Assembly: GCF_009914755.1 (NCBI RefSeq)
Contig: NC_060931.1
DNA: 64,000 nucleotides
Reading direction: 5' to 3' (one strand)
Origin: the human T2T-CHM13v2.0 reference genome, Homo sapiens
Notes under the pieces: model-generated
The model's database searches: none
What the model was told of the DNA's origin: nothing
What the model saw: only the letters and a program-made list of their open reading frames with translations
Translations under genes and position numbers: made by a program
Shown here: piece by piece, positions 27,599-41,964 of the stretch
Numbering within the stretch: the first letter of the stretch is position 1
How the letters are laid out: each line of letters opens with the position of its first letter

Positions 27599-30500
27599 TT
27601 AACCTCCTTGCATTATTTAGAGGACGCTGGTGTTATTTGTAACCTAATGCCATCTGTCCTGTGAAAGTTAATTGCTCTTCCCTATTCTAATGCAAAATCT
27701 CCATACACAGAGACAGGGTCACTATATTATCTAGGATTAAAATTCCACATCTTAGTACAAATTCTTTGATTTACTGACCACATAGTACTAGTTCACAGGG
27801 TAACTTCCAATTCTCTATTTGGTGGAGAAAGAACCATAGTAAAAAGGACTGAAATAATTTGGCCAGGCTTGTACAGCAAACTAAGAACAAAGGCAGGAAT
27901 CAATGCTGAACAATGATGCAGCTTCTACAAATTTATATTTCCTCTGTTACCCTTGAACATCTCTTTAGGCAGTAACTGTACCCCTGCTATTTTAACTGGC
28001 AAAAATAAAATAATGCTGAAGTATTGGCCTTTGAGGTTATTATCTCAGTCACTTTCAAAATTCTACTGTTTTAGTTTACTACATTTAAATTATTATAAAA
28101 TAATGAAATAACCCTTCGGTCAGGTTTAGTTACTGTATGCATTTAGAGACATGGGCTTCCTAATTAAATTTAGGAAATAAAATTGGTATATAAACATGAG
28201 CTGTCCTCAAAGCCAAAAGCATTAACATGAGGGGAAGTTCAAAGTTCAGCTGGTTTCTGAAGTTCTTTGGTTTAATTCATTATGTAAGCAATGCTTCTCA
28301 CTACTTTGTATGTGCTATTTTGAGTTATACAACCAGGAGAAATAAATGCTCACTAAAACATTTTTTTTCTGAAATACTTCAATGCTATTCTTCCTAAAAT
28401 AAAGAACCTTTCTACCAAACATCTCTCAGACCTATAAATCTACATGACTATAAAGGTTTATTAAATATGTCTTTACATGTAACTTCTTTAAAGAAATAGA
28501 TATTTAGATACTCTAGGTAGCATTAGAAATAGTATTTAGATACTCTATATAGTTGATCATAGAAAGTGCTTTGGCTGTGTCCATACTTTATAACAAAAGC
28601 TGTGCTTCAAGCTAGAGCTTCAAGAGTTTTAGGCTACAACCTTGATCTTTTAGTAAGTGGCTTGAGACCTGGAATTGTTCCAAAGAATCTGGGTTACATT
28701 TTTGCATCTGCACAAAAAGCCACGTGCACAAAACTAATTTGTCAGTTTAATATATAGACCGACAATGCTATCTTAAAGATTGCCCTGTAAACAGCTCCAA
28801 ATCAGTAAATTTGTGAGTGAGTTCAGCAGAGAAACACACCTATTATTAGAAATATATGACAAAAGAACCATGGTAAAGTCCAGATGGCAGCACCCATAAA
28901 TCTTACAATGTCATCAAAGCCATGTTACTCAAATAAAATGAATGGGTGTTTACTCCAATTAGCCTAACATCCATTCAGTGTATCAATGCTGCTGCTGAAA
29001 GTGTGTAGGGCATGCTAAGTATTAAGTATCCTGGGTGTCTGGTAAGTTTGTCTGATCAAGTCTCATTATATTCTATAGCCTCTTATTTCCTGCATTAATG
29101 ATTCCTTGTTTTAACACTTTTGGCCAGTCACCTCATAACAATGCAATTTTTAATTTTTTCATGGCTACATTGTCATTCTCATTACTTTAGTTAAATGGTT
29201 TCCTCCCTCCTTTCCCATGTATCTGGCTATTTCCTTCCCATATATAAAAAATAGCACTGAAAGATTACTTCCTCCAGGACACCAGCCTGCAAGTCACCTT
29301 GTAAGCTCAGAGCTCAAATAGCATGAAATTCTCCAAGAGATTTCAGCTGTGTGGAATCTTTTCAGAAGTGAATTCATTTACCAACTATGCATTAAACATA
29401 TAAAATATGCTGCAGCTATGCTCATTTCTATGGGGAAAATAAATATTCAAAGATCTCTACTTTTTAAACTTTGCCATAATGAGTTGTGATAAATATCAGA
29501 AAAGTAGGTAAGAAATGTGTATATAGCGAAGACAGTAAAAAGGGGGAATATTAATGTGATATTTTCATTAAGAGCTTACTCTCAAAGGCCTAAATATGGC
29601 TTACAAGAACTAGAATTATCAGGAGTAGGCATAAAATAAACTCTTCTTCCATTAAATAAATACTGAATTTAGTGTTCACAAAGGAATGAGGGACGTAAAA
29701 AAATTTATTGTGTATCTCAGAATTTATAATGAACTTCACTCACACCAATAATGTAATAAAATGGTTGAATTGGTTTCATTAATTGAAGGAATTAATGAAA
29801 ACAACAAAACCAGATAAAGAAATATTATGACTAGAAAAATGGGATGAACATAACTTTTCTTTAAGCTTTCAAATATGTAAATGCTCATCTAAGTCACAAG
29901 ATAGTTGCTTCCAGCCTCTAATGTTCAAAAGAAACGGAAACAACCGGAAGATGAAACTGGTTATCAGTAAATTAAACAAAATCAAGCACTCTGTTTGGAA
30001 AAGGGCAATTGAGGTGAGGTGGGCTTTAAGTACATTCCAAGCATTTTTATGTGTTTTTATTTCATCTAACTTACCTCTACAAATTTGATAAAGATAAGAA
30101 ATATAAAATAATAACATTTTATTTTCTTCCCTAAACTCAGGAGCATTAAAAACTTTCCAACAGAAAGGTTTGCATACTCATTAGTGTGCTATTTACATTA
30201 TTAGGGGTTATACTACATTATGGGCAGTGGCTTCATTGCATGTTCAGTAATTTTGCTAACAAGCATATTAAAGTGAAAAGGAGCCAGAGAGGTTACTCAG
30301 AGTTGTTAAGCATTTCATAAAGGTAATTTACTATCTTTACTTAATTTTCACACCTGTCCAATTTATCTGTAGAAACATTAGAAGAGAAACCCGACTGATC
30401 AGAACACCACCATCATCTGGTGAGGTTTTTGAACAAGATGGTATCACACTGGAGAAACTTCCTTTTTGTTATGTTTGAACCCTGGCTTTGCCAGTTTCTG

Positions 30501-30659
30501 TTTAGCTAACCGAAACATTTTTTCGTTAAAGCAATCACACTGAGTCCATGTTTAACCCTAAAATGATAGCCACACATGATTCTTTCAGATAATAGTGGCT
30601 TGAACTTGCCCACATTTGCCTATTTTCAACTTGAAAATGGCAAGTACATATGGTTCAAC

Positions 30660-30835
30660 CTGTTAGCAGTGAACATATATTGAGTACTTACTGCTGCCAG
30701 ATTCTTCACTATGCATGTTACTTGTGTCAGTTATCTTTTTTGTAACATCCTTCTAAGGTGAGAACTATTACTATTCCCCATTTCGTAGATTAGAAAACTG
30801 AGGCACAGAGAAGGTAAGCAACTTGTCCAATGTTC
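30660..30835 (-). mobile_element. MIR
   Basis: ACATATATTGAGTACTTACT...ATTCCCCATTTCGTAGATTAGAAAACTGAGGCACAGAGAAGGTAAGCAACTTGTCCAA. Confidence 0.85.
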
Positions 30836-30974
30836 ATTTCATAGGGATTACAAGAGAAGGGCATGAAATTTATCTTTATTGTGTTCGTGAAGAAAAAATT
30901 AGAACACTTAACGACTGGAGAGACTGTTTATACGATTTTAGAAAAGTCAGTCTTGTTTTTGTATTCTAACAATT

Positions 30975-31573
30975 GGTAGAGGAGGAAAAAATAATTTTCA
31001 CCTTTCCAAGTTCTCAGCTTGAGCCCCTGTAGCAAAAGATAGATTAACAAACTGAGGTTTATTAACATGCATATTTCATATGTACATGGGAAATACCTGG
31101 GGAACGAGTAATTCTCAAAAAGGTAGCTTAGAACTCCAGCTTATATAGCATCTTTAAAAATGAACAATAAACTTTTAGAGAAGTGACAAGACAAAAAACA
31201 GCAATCTTGAGTCTCTAGGCATGCCAACTTGTGGGATGGCAAATATAAGGAAACTAATGGTAGATAAAAGCTAGTTAATAAATCTTGTTATGTAGAATCC
31301 TCTGAGGCTAATTAATAAAGCTTATTATGTAGAATCCTCTGCTGCCTTCTCCAGGCTGATAAGGGTCTAAAGTTGTCCTTGTGATCAAGCTGTCCTTTCT
31401 GTTAGAGAGAGAGTAGGAGTGCTACCTTTGTAAATTTATGCCTTGCTTTTAGGCAAATAGGAGGAAAGGCAGAGAGCTTTTCTCATATTTGCTTCTTCTC
31501 AATTGTCTTCAGCTCAAAATAATCCTGATGCAAATGTGGCATATTTTGGTGTGGCATATTCTACTACTCCTCA
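30975..31573 (-). mobile_element. MER34A-like ERV1 solo LTR
   Basis: Minus strand: TGAGGAGTAGTAGAATATGCCACACCAAAATATGCCAC...GGATTATTTTGAGCTGAAG...ATTTGCCTAAAAGCAAGGCATAAATTTACAAAGG. Confidence 0.8.
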
Positions 31574-33870
31574 TACCTGACAGTTGGACCTCTCTACATC
31601 TCAGTTTTCTTCTTTATAGTGGGAATAATATTACTGCCTCATATGTGTTAGATTATTTTCCAACCTTGCCGCTTCTTTCTGTATTAGCACTGCTATCTAC
31701 AGATAGGCCATATTTTCACACATCAGCTCCATCAGTAATAAAGTTAGCATTTGGATCTTTCATCTATCTTATCATTTGTTTTGTTTCTCAATTGTTTCAC
31801 GACTTAGGCATGGAAAATATTTTTCCCCCTTCAAATTCTTACAGATAGGGTTGCTAAGAGGGTTAAGTAAACAAATGGATATAGAAAGGTTATAACATAG
31901 ACCTTGGTAAATATTAAGCACTTGTCAAGTTTATTGTTATTGCTTTAACATAATCCCTCTAGCAAACTTATACTTTACAATTCTTTTAAGCTATTTAAAT
32001 TGCAAATTGCTATTATAGTAAGTAAAAGTACTAAAACTGTATTTTTGAAATGCTAAAATTCAGATCTTTTGCTTTTGCTAGTGAAGTGATATTTATTATA
32101 CTAAAATTGTGAGACTTAACCATACCATATTTCATGTAATCTAAAATGCCATTAATAGTAGCATACACATTTATTTTTATGCCATTAAGAAAAAAATGCT
32201 TCTAATTAATTCCAAGATGCTGTGGATTAAAGATGCATCACAATTTCAAAAGGGTTAAATATGTGAAAAATATCTTAGAGCTGATGAAATATGGTAATAA
32301 AATTAATGAGTTTGATTTTTCCCTTTCACCCATAAGTTGGGATAGTTTGAGATTAAACCAGATAGGCAGCATGCAAGACATTCCATATTTTTGAGCTGTA
32401 TTAGTGATTTCCAAGACACTCTTGACAGTACAAATACGCTTCTGCTCCAAATGGGCCAAATCTGGGAAATTAGTATGGATCATTCATTCCACAAAAGTGT
32501 TCCTTGGTCATGGACGTGAACTATGTCCAGAAAACTAAACCGGTATGAAGTTGCTGAATTTCAATCCACATTCAAATTCTGATGTCTTTCTAAGGCACTA
32601 GCAAGTCAAAACGTTTTTGTTTTCAACACTTGAAGCGTATACTCCTGGATGTGTATGCACAGTGGTTTACAGAACTGGCTTGCAGAACATACAGTTTGCA
32701 AAAGCTACTTCTTAATGCAAAGCCAAAAGATTAAAATAAACTCTGCAAAGCATCTTAATTGTATCAGTATTTCTTTTATTTGGGTAGCACTTATAAGAAC
32801 GAGAGATTTAAAGAAACCACAATGAATATGCACACTTTATGCAAAATAACACACAGGAATTACGACTCTTTTAGTAATGTATTGTACTTCTCTGCTCTCG
32901 ATTTTCAAAGCCATTAAATAGAAAGACTGAATATAAATTCCTCTAAGCAGAGTTATTTTTTTCTTCAACTACTCTTTCTTTTTCTTTTAATAGTACTCTA
33001 CTGCCACATGGACATGTTTATTCATGTGTCTCATTGATTCATGTTCTTAACATTCTTATTTATATCTGGTACACAGTTGATATCATAAAATATGGGTTTG
33101 TGGAGTGAGACTTTTGATTTGAAATAGCTGGCCCATAAAACTAAGCTGTTGGATTAACAAGTCAGTGCATTAAAGCAAGGAATCAACACAAGGTTGATTT
33201 TCAGTCTGTTTATCACTTTCACACCAGAGGAGAGAAAAAAGTGACTTAACATTTGCATAGTTCTTTAGTCTCTCTGGAATGATTTGTACACTTTACTAAC
33301 ATTGTGCTGGCAACAGCTAGATCTTACAGTCTTGTGCCGGATCCTATGTCTTTTAAATATTTTGTGTGGTACTATCTGATGCGGCTTACCCAGAATGGCA
33401 GTAAACAAATATATGTTTGCAACAATCCACTAGTACTTTCGTTTTCTAAAAGTTTTTATCCTTCAAGGTTAATGACCAAGTTACAAGATATTTTCTGCTT
33501 TTCTATTCAAAAGGTATTCTATATGTGGTTAGTTAAGGGTCCTGGGATTTTGAATGTTATAAGAGACAAAATATGTCAGGCTATTTATGACATTACAATA
33601 TCAAGGAACCATTTACAAAGAGTGTGACAGATTTTAAAAGGATATCTTTTTGTGTAAACTTTTACATTTTGGGTTAAAAAATGTTACTGTGTGTCATGAG
33701 TGCTAACATGGAGAGTGTAGACTTGGTCAGTATTATCCTATCTCTTGAGCAGAAGCATGAATTAAGCACAGATTTGGAACTTGACTCATTTTGTTAATTA
33801 TTTTGATCTTTCAGAAATCCCAATTCTTAGTGAATCTTGCTCATTGGTAGAGTGGGAACAATAATATTGG

Positions 33871-33912
33871 TTTCTGTTCTGTTCTGTTTTGTTTTTGTTT
33901 TTGTTTTTGTTT
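33871..33912. repeat. (TTCTG)n/(TTTTTG)n simple repeat
   Basis: TTTCTGTTCTGTTCTGTTTTGTTTTTGTTTTTGTTTTTGTTT. Confidence 0.85.
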
Positions 33913-34674
33913 ACCTCCTAAGTTTTTTCCTCCTGTATGATTATAAGCTGCTAATTCACATCTTGAACCATTTGGAATGGGTCGAAATGTGAATTATAAA
34001 TGGAATGGTAGGCTTAAAACCCACACACTCATGGGTCCTGTTTGTGAGAGGCAGGATTTATCCACGATACTACTATTTCTAAAGCATATTTCTTACCTAC
34101 TCTGTTTGTGCTAAGGATTGCAGAGAGAGTGTTTAGGGGGTGTTAAATTGGATAGTGACCTCACTAGGCACCTGCTAAAGATCAGGCTACATCAGGGTTT
34201 ATCCATTAACTTCTCCTGATTCAGAAATCTTAGTTTTCCATTTTTTACTCGTTTCTTAGTTATGCACAACTGGCAGGCTGAGACAGGGCTTCCCAAGTTT
34301 GCTGCTAATTTATTTCTTTGACTAAACACTTTACTTTAGCATGGAAGGAAAACGGATTTGAAACAAATGTATTCATGTTATTGCTTTGTTAGAAAAATTA
34401 GTATCTGGGCCCAAATGCATAAATTCTTTGCAACTATTCTCCTCTTCCCACGAAAAAAAAAATCTCAAACATACAAATAATTAAGTCATAAACAGGCTCA
34501 ATCTAAATTCAAACAATTGGTTATTTGGAGTAATAATAAAATACTTTCAACTATGCCGTAAGAAGTTCAGCATACTTGAATTACTCCATGTACTTCTGAA
34601 AGATAGGACCCATTAGAAACATGTACATTGCTCCCCAGATGGATCATTGTAGAATGCATAAACAAAAGAATATC

Positions 34675-34880
34675 TGCTTTGAAATTATTCAAATATGGAT
34701 TTGAATCCTAGGTCTGGCACTTGCTGTGTGAACTTGGGCAAATTGCTGTCTATCTCTGAGTTTCAGTTTCCTTTTTTATAAAACAGACATCATTATATCA
34801 CCTCGGAGAGCTATTGTGAGGAAAAAAAAGTAATATTACATTAATACTTACAGTAGTTTCTGGAACGTAATAGGTATGAT
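34675..34880 (+). mobile_element. MIR
   Basis: GGATTTGAATCCTAGGTCTGGCACTTGCTGTGTGAACTTGGGCAA...CTCTGAGTTTCAGTTTCC. Confidence 0.8.
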
Positions 34881-34989
34881 GTTAATTCTATTCTACCCTG
34901 ATGCCCTGAGGAGTTATTCAAGATCCTGAGAATTTCCTTGCTGAGGATGTGTTTACACAAGGTCCACATTTCTTAGCTATACTGTGTTT

Positions 34990-35665
34990 TGGAGTCTAAA
35001 TTTTTCCCCCCATTCTCTGTATACCTTTCTACTTTCATTCTGCTCTCCTTTTTGGTCAGTCCTATTGAGTTACATGGCCTTGATGATGACATCCACAGAA
35101 GACCCTGGTTTGTCTGTCTTTAGCCCTCATCTTCCTCTGGAGCTCTAGGCTCCTATTTGTATTATCTGTGGATATCTCACTTTAATATCCTGTCAACATA
35201 TCTGAATAGGGGCCCCAAACTGAACTAATAACTTTTCCTTCCAAACCTGCACCACTTTCTTCGTGGCTTTTGGGTCAGTTTAACTGACTGTCCCAGAAAG
35301 CTTGGAGTTATATTCGATTCTTATCAGTACTCCTGTCCTTGATAGTCTGTCAGCCACAAAGTTCCATGGACACTGCCACCAGAAATCTCTCACTTTTATC
35401 CCATCTTTAACTTCCTCTGCCCTTAACAGGGCACAGATCTAGTTACCTTCCTCCATAATTATGGAGGTGACCTTTTACTTATTCACCTGACCTTCATCCA
35501 TCTCTTCCCTTTTCAATCCATTCTTCACTCAGCTATGAGAGTTATCACAGTCTCAAGACTGTCGTTTCACTTGTCAGAAACTTCAATAACTATCACTTTC
35601 AGACCAAACTGTAAAACAGTAGTGTGGTATTAATATTTATGTCCTGATTTTGCCCAGACCTACTT
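34990..35665 (+). mobile_element. L2 fragment
   Basis: GATGATGACATCCACAG...CTTTAGCCCTCATCTT...CCCAAACTGAACTAATAACTTTTCC...CAATCCATTCTTCAC. Confidence 0.65.
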
Positions 35666-36064
35666 TTTAAATAAAATTTCTTTAATTAAATATAAAACTT
35701 TTCAAACTTAGAGATAAGTATAAAGATTATGTAACAGAAACCAATATACTGGCTAATTAGAATTATAATTCATTGATATTTTCCATATTTGCCTCATATT
35801 TTTGTTATATTTACACATGTTTAAATAAAACCAAAGTCCTACCTCCTCATCCCTTTCCCCACCATCCCTGGTATCTACCAACCTTATTTTCCCCTTTCTT
35901 TGTCATACCCTATGCTCTTGGGGGGTAGTGAGGTGAAAGAGAGGTGATGTTTAAGGTGAGAAGATCTAGAGATGGTTCTCTAAGGAGATGATCTGAGCAC
36001 ACATGACTTCTCTCAGCACAAAACCTCCACGTTATTTATCATTTTATTCCTTAGAAGACGGAAT

Positions 36065-36290
36065 CACTGTCTTGTGAGGAGTATGCAATATAACAAAGTG
36101 ATTTCTAATCATGGCCATGACACTTACAAGCAAGGTACTTAACCTCTATAAATTTAGTTTTCTCATTTGTAGAGTGGGCATCTCCGTACCTACCTTAAGA
36201 ATTGTGATGATGCCTTGAGATAATGTAGGTGAAGTGTCTGGATCAGAGTCTGCCATCTAGTAGGCGCTCAATAAATTGTACCTGTTAATG
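36065..36290 (+). mobile_element. MIR
   Basis: CAAGGTACTTAACCTCT...TTTTCTCATTTGTAGAGTGGG...TAGTAGGCGCTCAATAAAT. Confidence 0.75.
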
Positions 36291-37231
36291 CTGTTAGCAC
36301 AGCAACTGAGGAACTGGAATGGATCATAACAGACCAGATGATTCAGTGTTGTTCTCTTGTTGCAGGAGCACTGCCTTCTGAATGTGTGAGTGCCATAAAT
36401 GTGCCCCTGAGATTTTTAGGGGAGTATTATAAAATCCAGAATGTTTGGATTTGGTTTGATCTTAAAGCATGGCAAATTCTAAGTCTACCCATAAGCCTGC
36501 TCCCCTCCACCAGCCTCTGTGTCACCACAGAGGCTGAAGTGCGTTACTTTGTGCGAAAATGTCCAGTGGTCATTGCCTACAGGGAACTACGATGTAGTTG
36601 CTTCAGTAAAGGCGTTGCTACCTGCTACAAAGCAATCTCATATTCTCCGTTTTATTTAGCTTAATTTTTGTACTTGAGCTAGGAAATAGTTAAGTGGATT
36701 TCTCACGTATATCTTTGACTTGAATTATTTTGAAGTGACTTCCTGAAATAAGACATCAATGCTACATCTGCCACAGAGGAAAAAAGAAACCGTACATATA
36801 TGAATGATTATAATCCTCGCCCAAGGCAGGAGTCTCCCAGCACGCCAGAAAAGGCCATAAATCCATGCGATATCCCTGACTACTGCATTTTACATCTAGG
36901 ACTCAGAGTAACTGAAAGGTATGTAAAATTGTGAGCAGGCAGAAAGTGGGTTGACTATACATCTGGGAAAGTTCTCATGCATTGCTTATTCCAGGCTGTT
37001 CATCTTGTGCTCATGAAGTCTGGCACTGTAACGCTTGTGGTTGATGACAGGAGCTGAATAACTTGTGTGCAGCTGAAACATTTATCCTCTTAAGAAGCCT
37101 CTCATCTTTTAACTATTGGTTAAAGCCCTTCATAGACGACATAATACCCCATTAGTATGGGAATTAGAAACAATCCTTTTCTTGTTCTGATGTTGAAACT
37201 AACTCTTATATGAAGGACGATAGAACTTTCA

Positions 37232-37234
<3 letters not shown>

Positions 37235-37277
<43 letters not shown>

Positions 37278-37315
37278 GTATAATATATATAACATATATT
37301 TTATGTATATATATT
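37235..37315. repeat. (TA)n microsatellite
   Basis: About 18 AT units plus a degenerate AT-rich tail. Confidence 0.95.
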
Positions 37316-37719
37316 ACATGAAACCCTAACCATTAACATTTAAAAGATAGACAGATACAAACATTTCTCATGATTTAGGAAATTTTGAAAAATGTGTTGA
37401 TGAAGCCAGCTCCCAGATAGCATTATACTAACTCTGAAAAGTCAGATGGTAGATAACTTGGGAAAGGATAGAAATCTCATCTGGATTTTTCACATTTGCT
37501 TACAATTCACAATAATTTAGGTTGAGAAGATGTATTTTCATCATGCGACTATGTTAATGAATAAACGAATTCAATTTTTGTTGAATAACACTCATTAAGG
37601 ATCTATGCCCATAAAAATTTGGATTGAAGTGTATGGGCTGAATTAACCACTGCTTGTTCTGAAGTTAGTAAAAGTGGTTGAGTAGAGTGCAAACTGAAGC
37701 AGGAACTAGTTAAAGATTT

Positions 37720-39370
37720 CAAGCTGGAAATAATAAATCAGTTAATAAAATTATAATTTATTTGGTTGATTCTTTTGGTATTGACTTCTCTCACTCTAAA
37801 TAACATACTTTTATTGATATTTTATTGTTTTAAAAAAGTTCAGGCATTATCTATTGACTTTCTAATAAAGACTTAGCTTTGTTTTACCAAATCCTTCTCT
37901 GCTGACTACTGAGAAACACACTTTCCGTAGCTCCAGTTTCCCAAATACATTTCTATTGTCACTTTGACTATATTAGTATTCATATTAACTTTCTTAAGCA
38001 ATGCAAATTATTTATAACGGAGCCATGTAGTAAACTATAATTATTCTTTCTTGCTTGCTCGATTGGAGTTAATAATTATATTGTTTCTGTTTAGTTTTAA
38101 AATATATGTATCACTAATATAACCTCACTTATTCTGTGATATTAATGACTGTGCCGTATTCCTTGATTTTTGAAAAATATATTTATCAGTAATTTTATCT
38201 CTCATTTTCTGTTAGATATGTAAACTTCTTTTCAAGATGATGTATATTCCCTTCAAGCATTTTACCAGCATCACCTGCTTAAGAAGTGTCTTTATCAAAG
38301 CCTTCTGACTTGCTTCTGCCTAGATTGGCTGCCCCTCTATAAGAGGGCACAGTTGAATTTTAGAGATCTATCAGGCCTGAAAAAGACATTAGTTTACCCT
38401 CATATTTGATTAATAATTTGGCTGGATGTAGAATTCTAGGCTGGACAACATTTTCTTTCATGCTGTTAAAAGCCTTGGTTTTTTATATGTAAGTATCTAG
38501 AGTTGTTGAGAAGTCTTATGACATAATTTTTGAGACTTTTTAAGCACTTTTTTCCCCTTCTACAAGCTTGTAGTATTTTCCCTTTGTTCCTAGTGCTATA
38601 AATATGCTTTGGTCTCTTTTTGATCCATTTTTTCTGCTATAATTTTTAAATGGACAAGTCTTCATATTTTTGTTTGCAGAACACTTATTTTTCATAGCAT
38701 TTTGTTATTGTTCATGGATGCAAGATCTTTTCTTACCCATCTAAAGACACTACTGTTAGGTTTTTTCTGCACAGTTTTTGTTATCTCCATGTTGCTTATT
38801 TCTGCAAGTTGTTTTGATCCTTATTTTCCATATTAGAGACGTTCATCAATATCAGGTAATGTGTTCTAATAGATGGGATTTGGTAATTGTAGAATTCCTT
38901 GTAGAGTTATTCTAGTTGTTATTTGCTTAAGAAATTCCTGATATCAGTGTCTTTGAGTCTTTTCTCTGGAGACTTTTGAATTTTCCAGGTATTATTTTAA
39001 ACACGTTTCTGAAGGATTCTTCCAAACCTAAGAAGTTATTTCAGTGTAAATATTCAAGATATTTATCTTCCCTTAATTCCCGTGTTTACTATAAAGTGCT
39101 ATAAACTTTTAAGTGAGACTGATTTGCACTAACCCCTGGTTTTTTGTCAGAGCTGAGGAAAGGCAGTCACTGGCTGCATGGAGTGGGGAAATGGGATCTG
39201 GAAGTCCAAGTGGTTCTTTAACAGATTTTTCAACCATTCCTCCTATTTTTGGCCATTTTTGCCTGTATAATCAGAGATATTTTAAAATTATATTGTGTAA
39301 ATCAATTTCTTCCTGGTTTATTCTACTACCAGCCCTAGGATTCAGTTTTTCAGTATTTTTCCCTTTAGAT
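37720..39370 (-). mobile_element. Ancient L1M ORF1/5' region remnant
   Basis: AATTTGGCTGGATGTAGAATTCTAGGCTGG...GTTGTTGAGAAGTCTTATG is the typical antisense old L1 ORF1 signature; boundaries uncertain. Confidence 0.55.
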
Positions 39371-39458
39371 TTACTTTTTAGTATTATTTTTCATTTAAAA
39401 ATTTTAAACTGTTCTGGATACATAATAATTGTACATATATATATGAAGTACATGTGAT

Positions 39459-39774
<316 letters not shown>

Positions 39775-41709
39775 TGATACAAGCAAACAATGTGTGATGA
39801 TCAAATCAAGGTAATTAACATATCCATCACCTCAAGCATTTATCATTTCTATGTGTTAGGAACATCCCAATTCCACCCTTTTAGTTATTTTGACATGTAA
39901 AATAAATTATTGTTAACTATAGGTGCCCTATTGTGCTACCAAATATTAGATTGTATTCCTTCTATCTAACTGCATTTTTGTAGCCATTAAACATTCACCC
40001 TTTATACCCCACTCTCCACTACACTTCCCAACCTCTGGTAACCATTCTTCTACTCTCTCTGAGTTCAATTTTCTTTGTAGCCACATGTATGAGTGAGAAA
40101 ACGTGGTATTTGTCTTTCTGTGCCTGGCTTATTTCACTTAATGTCCTCCAGTTCCATCCTTGTTGCAAATGATAGGATTTCATTTTTTATATGTAAATAA
40201 TATTCCATTGTGTATATATGCTACATTTCTTTATTCATTCATCCATTTATGGACACTTAGGCTGATTCCATATTTTGGCTATTGTGAACAGTGCTGCAAT
40301 AAACATGGGACTGCAGATATCTCTTTGACATACTGATTTCCTTTCTTTTGAATATATACCCAGCAGTGGGATTTCTGGATCATATGGTAATTCTATTTTT
40401 AGTTTTTTAAGGAATCTTCATACTGTTCATCACAGTGACTATATTAATTTACATTTCCACAAGGGTTCCCCTTTCTCCACATTCTTGGCAGCATTCATTA
40501 TTGCCTGCCTTTTGGATAAAAGCCATTTTAATTGAGGTGAGATGATATCTTATTGTAGTTTTGGTTTGCATTTCCCTGATGATTAGTGATGTTGAGCATT
40601 TTTCATACGCCTGTTTGCCATTTGCGTGTCTTCTTTTGAAAAATGTCTATTCAGATCTTTTGCCCATTTTTAAATAGGATTATTTGTTTTTCTTTCCTAT
40701 TGATTTGTTTGGATTTCTCATATATTATAATCATCAATCCCTTGTCAACTGGATATTTGCAAATATTTTCTCCCTTTAAACAGATTGTCTCTTCACTTCG
40801 TTGATTGTTTCCTTTGCTGTGCAGAAGCTTTTTAACTTGATGTGTTTCCATTTGTCCGTTTTTGCTTTGGTTTCCTGTGCAAGTACTCAAGAAATCTTTG
40901 CCAAGGCTAATATCCTGGAGTGTTTCTCCAGTGTTTCCTTGTAATAGTTTGAGGTCTTAGGTTTAAGTCTTTAATCCATTTTGATTCAGTTTTTCTATAT
41001 GGTGAGAGAAAGGGGCCTAGTTTAATTCTTTGCATATAGATATCTGGTTTTCACAGCACTTTTTATTTAAGAGACTGCCTTTTCCCCAATGTATATTCTT
41101 GGTGCTTTGTTAAAAATGAGCTGAATGTAAATGCATGAATTTATTTCTGGGTTCTCTATTCTGTTCCATTAGTCTATGTGGTTTTTTTTTTTTTTTCCTG
41201 TGACAGTGCCATGTTATTTTCATTACTATAGCTCTGTAGTGTAATTTGAAAGTCAGATAATGGAATGCTTCCAGCTTTGTTGTTTTTGCTCCAGATAGCT
41301 TTGGTTATTCTGCGTCTTTTGTGGTTCCATATTAATTTTAGGATTAATTTTTCTAATTATGTGAAGAATGTCAGTGGTATTTTGATAGAGATTGCATTGA
41401 ATATGCAAATAGCTTTGGGTAGTATGGACATTTTAACAATATTTATACTTTCAATCCATGAACATGGAATATCATTCCTTTTTTATGTGTGTCCTCTTCA
41501 ATTTCACCAATGTTTTATGGTTTTCATTATACAGATCTTTTATGTATTTGGTTAAGTTTAATCGTAAGTATTTCATTTTAGTGTCACTAATGTAAATAGA
41601 ATTACTTTCTTTGTTTGTTTTTCAGATTGTTCATTATTGACATATAGAAATGCTATTGATCTTTTGCATGTTGATTTTGTGTCCTGCAACTTTACTGAAT
41701 TTATAAGTT

Positions 41710-41964
41710 CTAATAGTTTTCTTTGGTGAAATCTTTAGGTTTTACTAAATATAAGACCATGTCATCTGCAAACAAGGATAATTTGACTTCTTCCTTTCCA
41801 ATTTGGATGCCCCTTATTCCTTTCTCTTGTCTAATTACTCTTGCTAGGACTTCTAGTACTATGTTGAACAAAAGTGGCAAAAGTCTTGTCTTATTCCAGA
41901 TCTTAGAGGAACAGCTTTTCGTTTTTCCCTTTTCCGTGTATGATACTATCTGTGAGTTTGTCAT
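41710..41964 (-). pseudogene. L1 ORF2 reverse transcriptase remnant (dead)
   Basis: [43 protein letters not shown] includes the catalytic FADD motif; frameshifted on both sides. Confidence 0.9.

Noticed and set aside
28492-28552. ~32-bp-period tandem duplication (also small ones near 4200-4237 and 54701-54720)
   Set aside because: Ordinary slippage duplications with no further signal
35450-35467. Perfect 18-bp palindrome CCTCCATAATTATGGAGG
   Set aside because: About 0.2-0.3 expected by chance in 64 kb (64000/4^9); lies inside an L2
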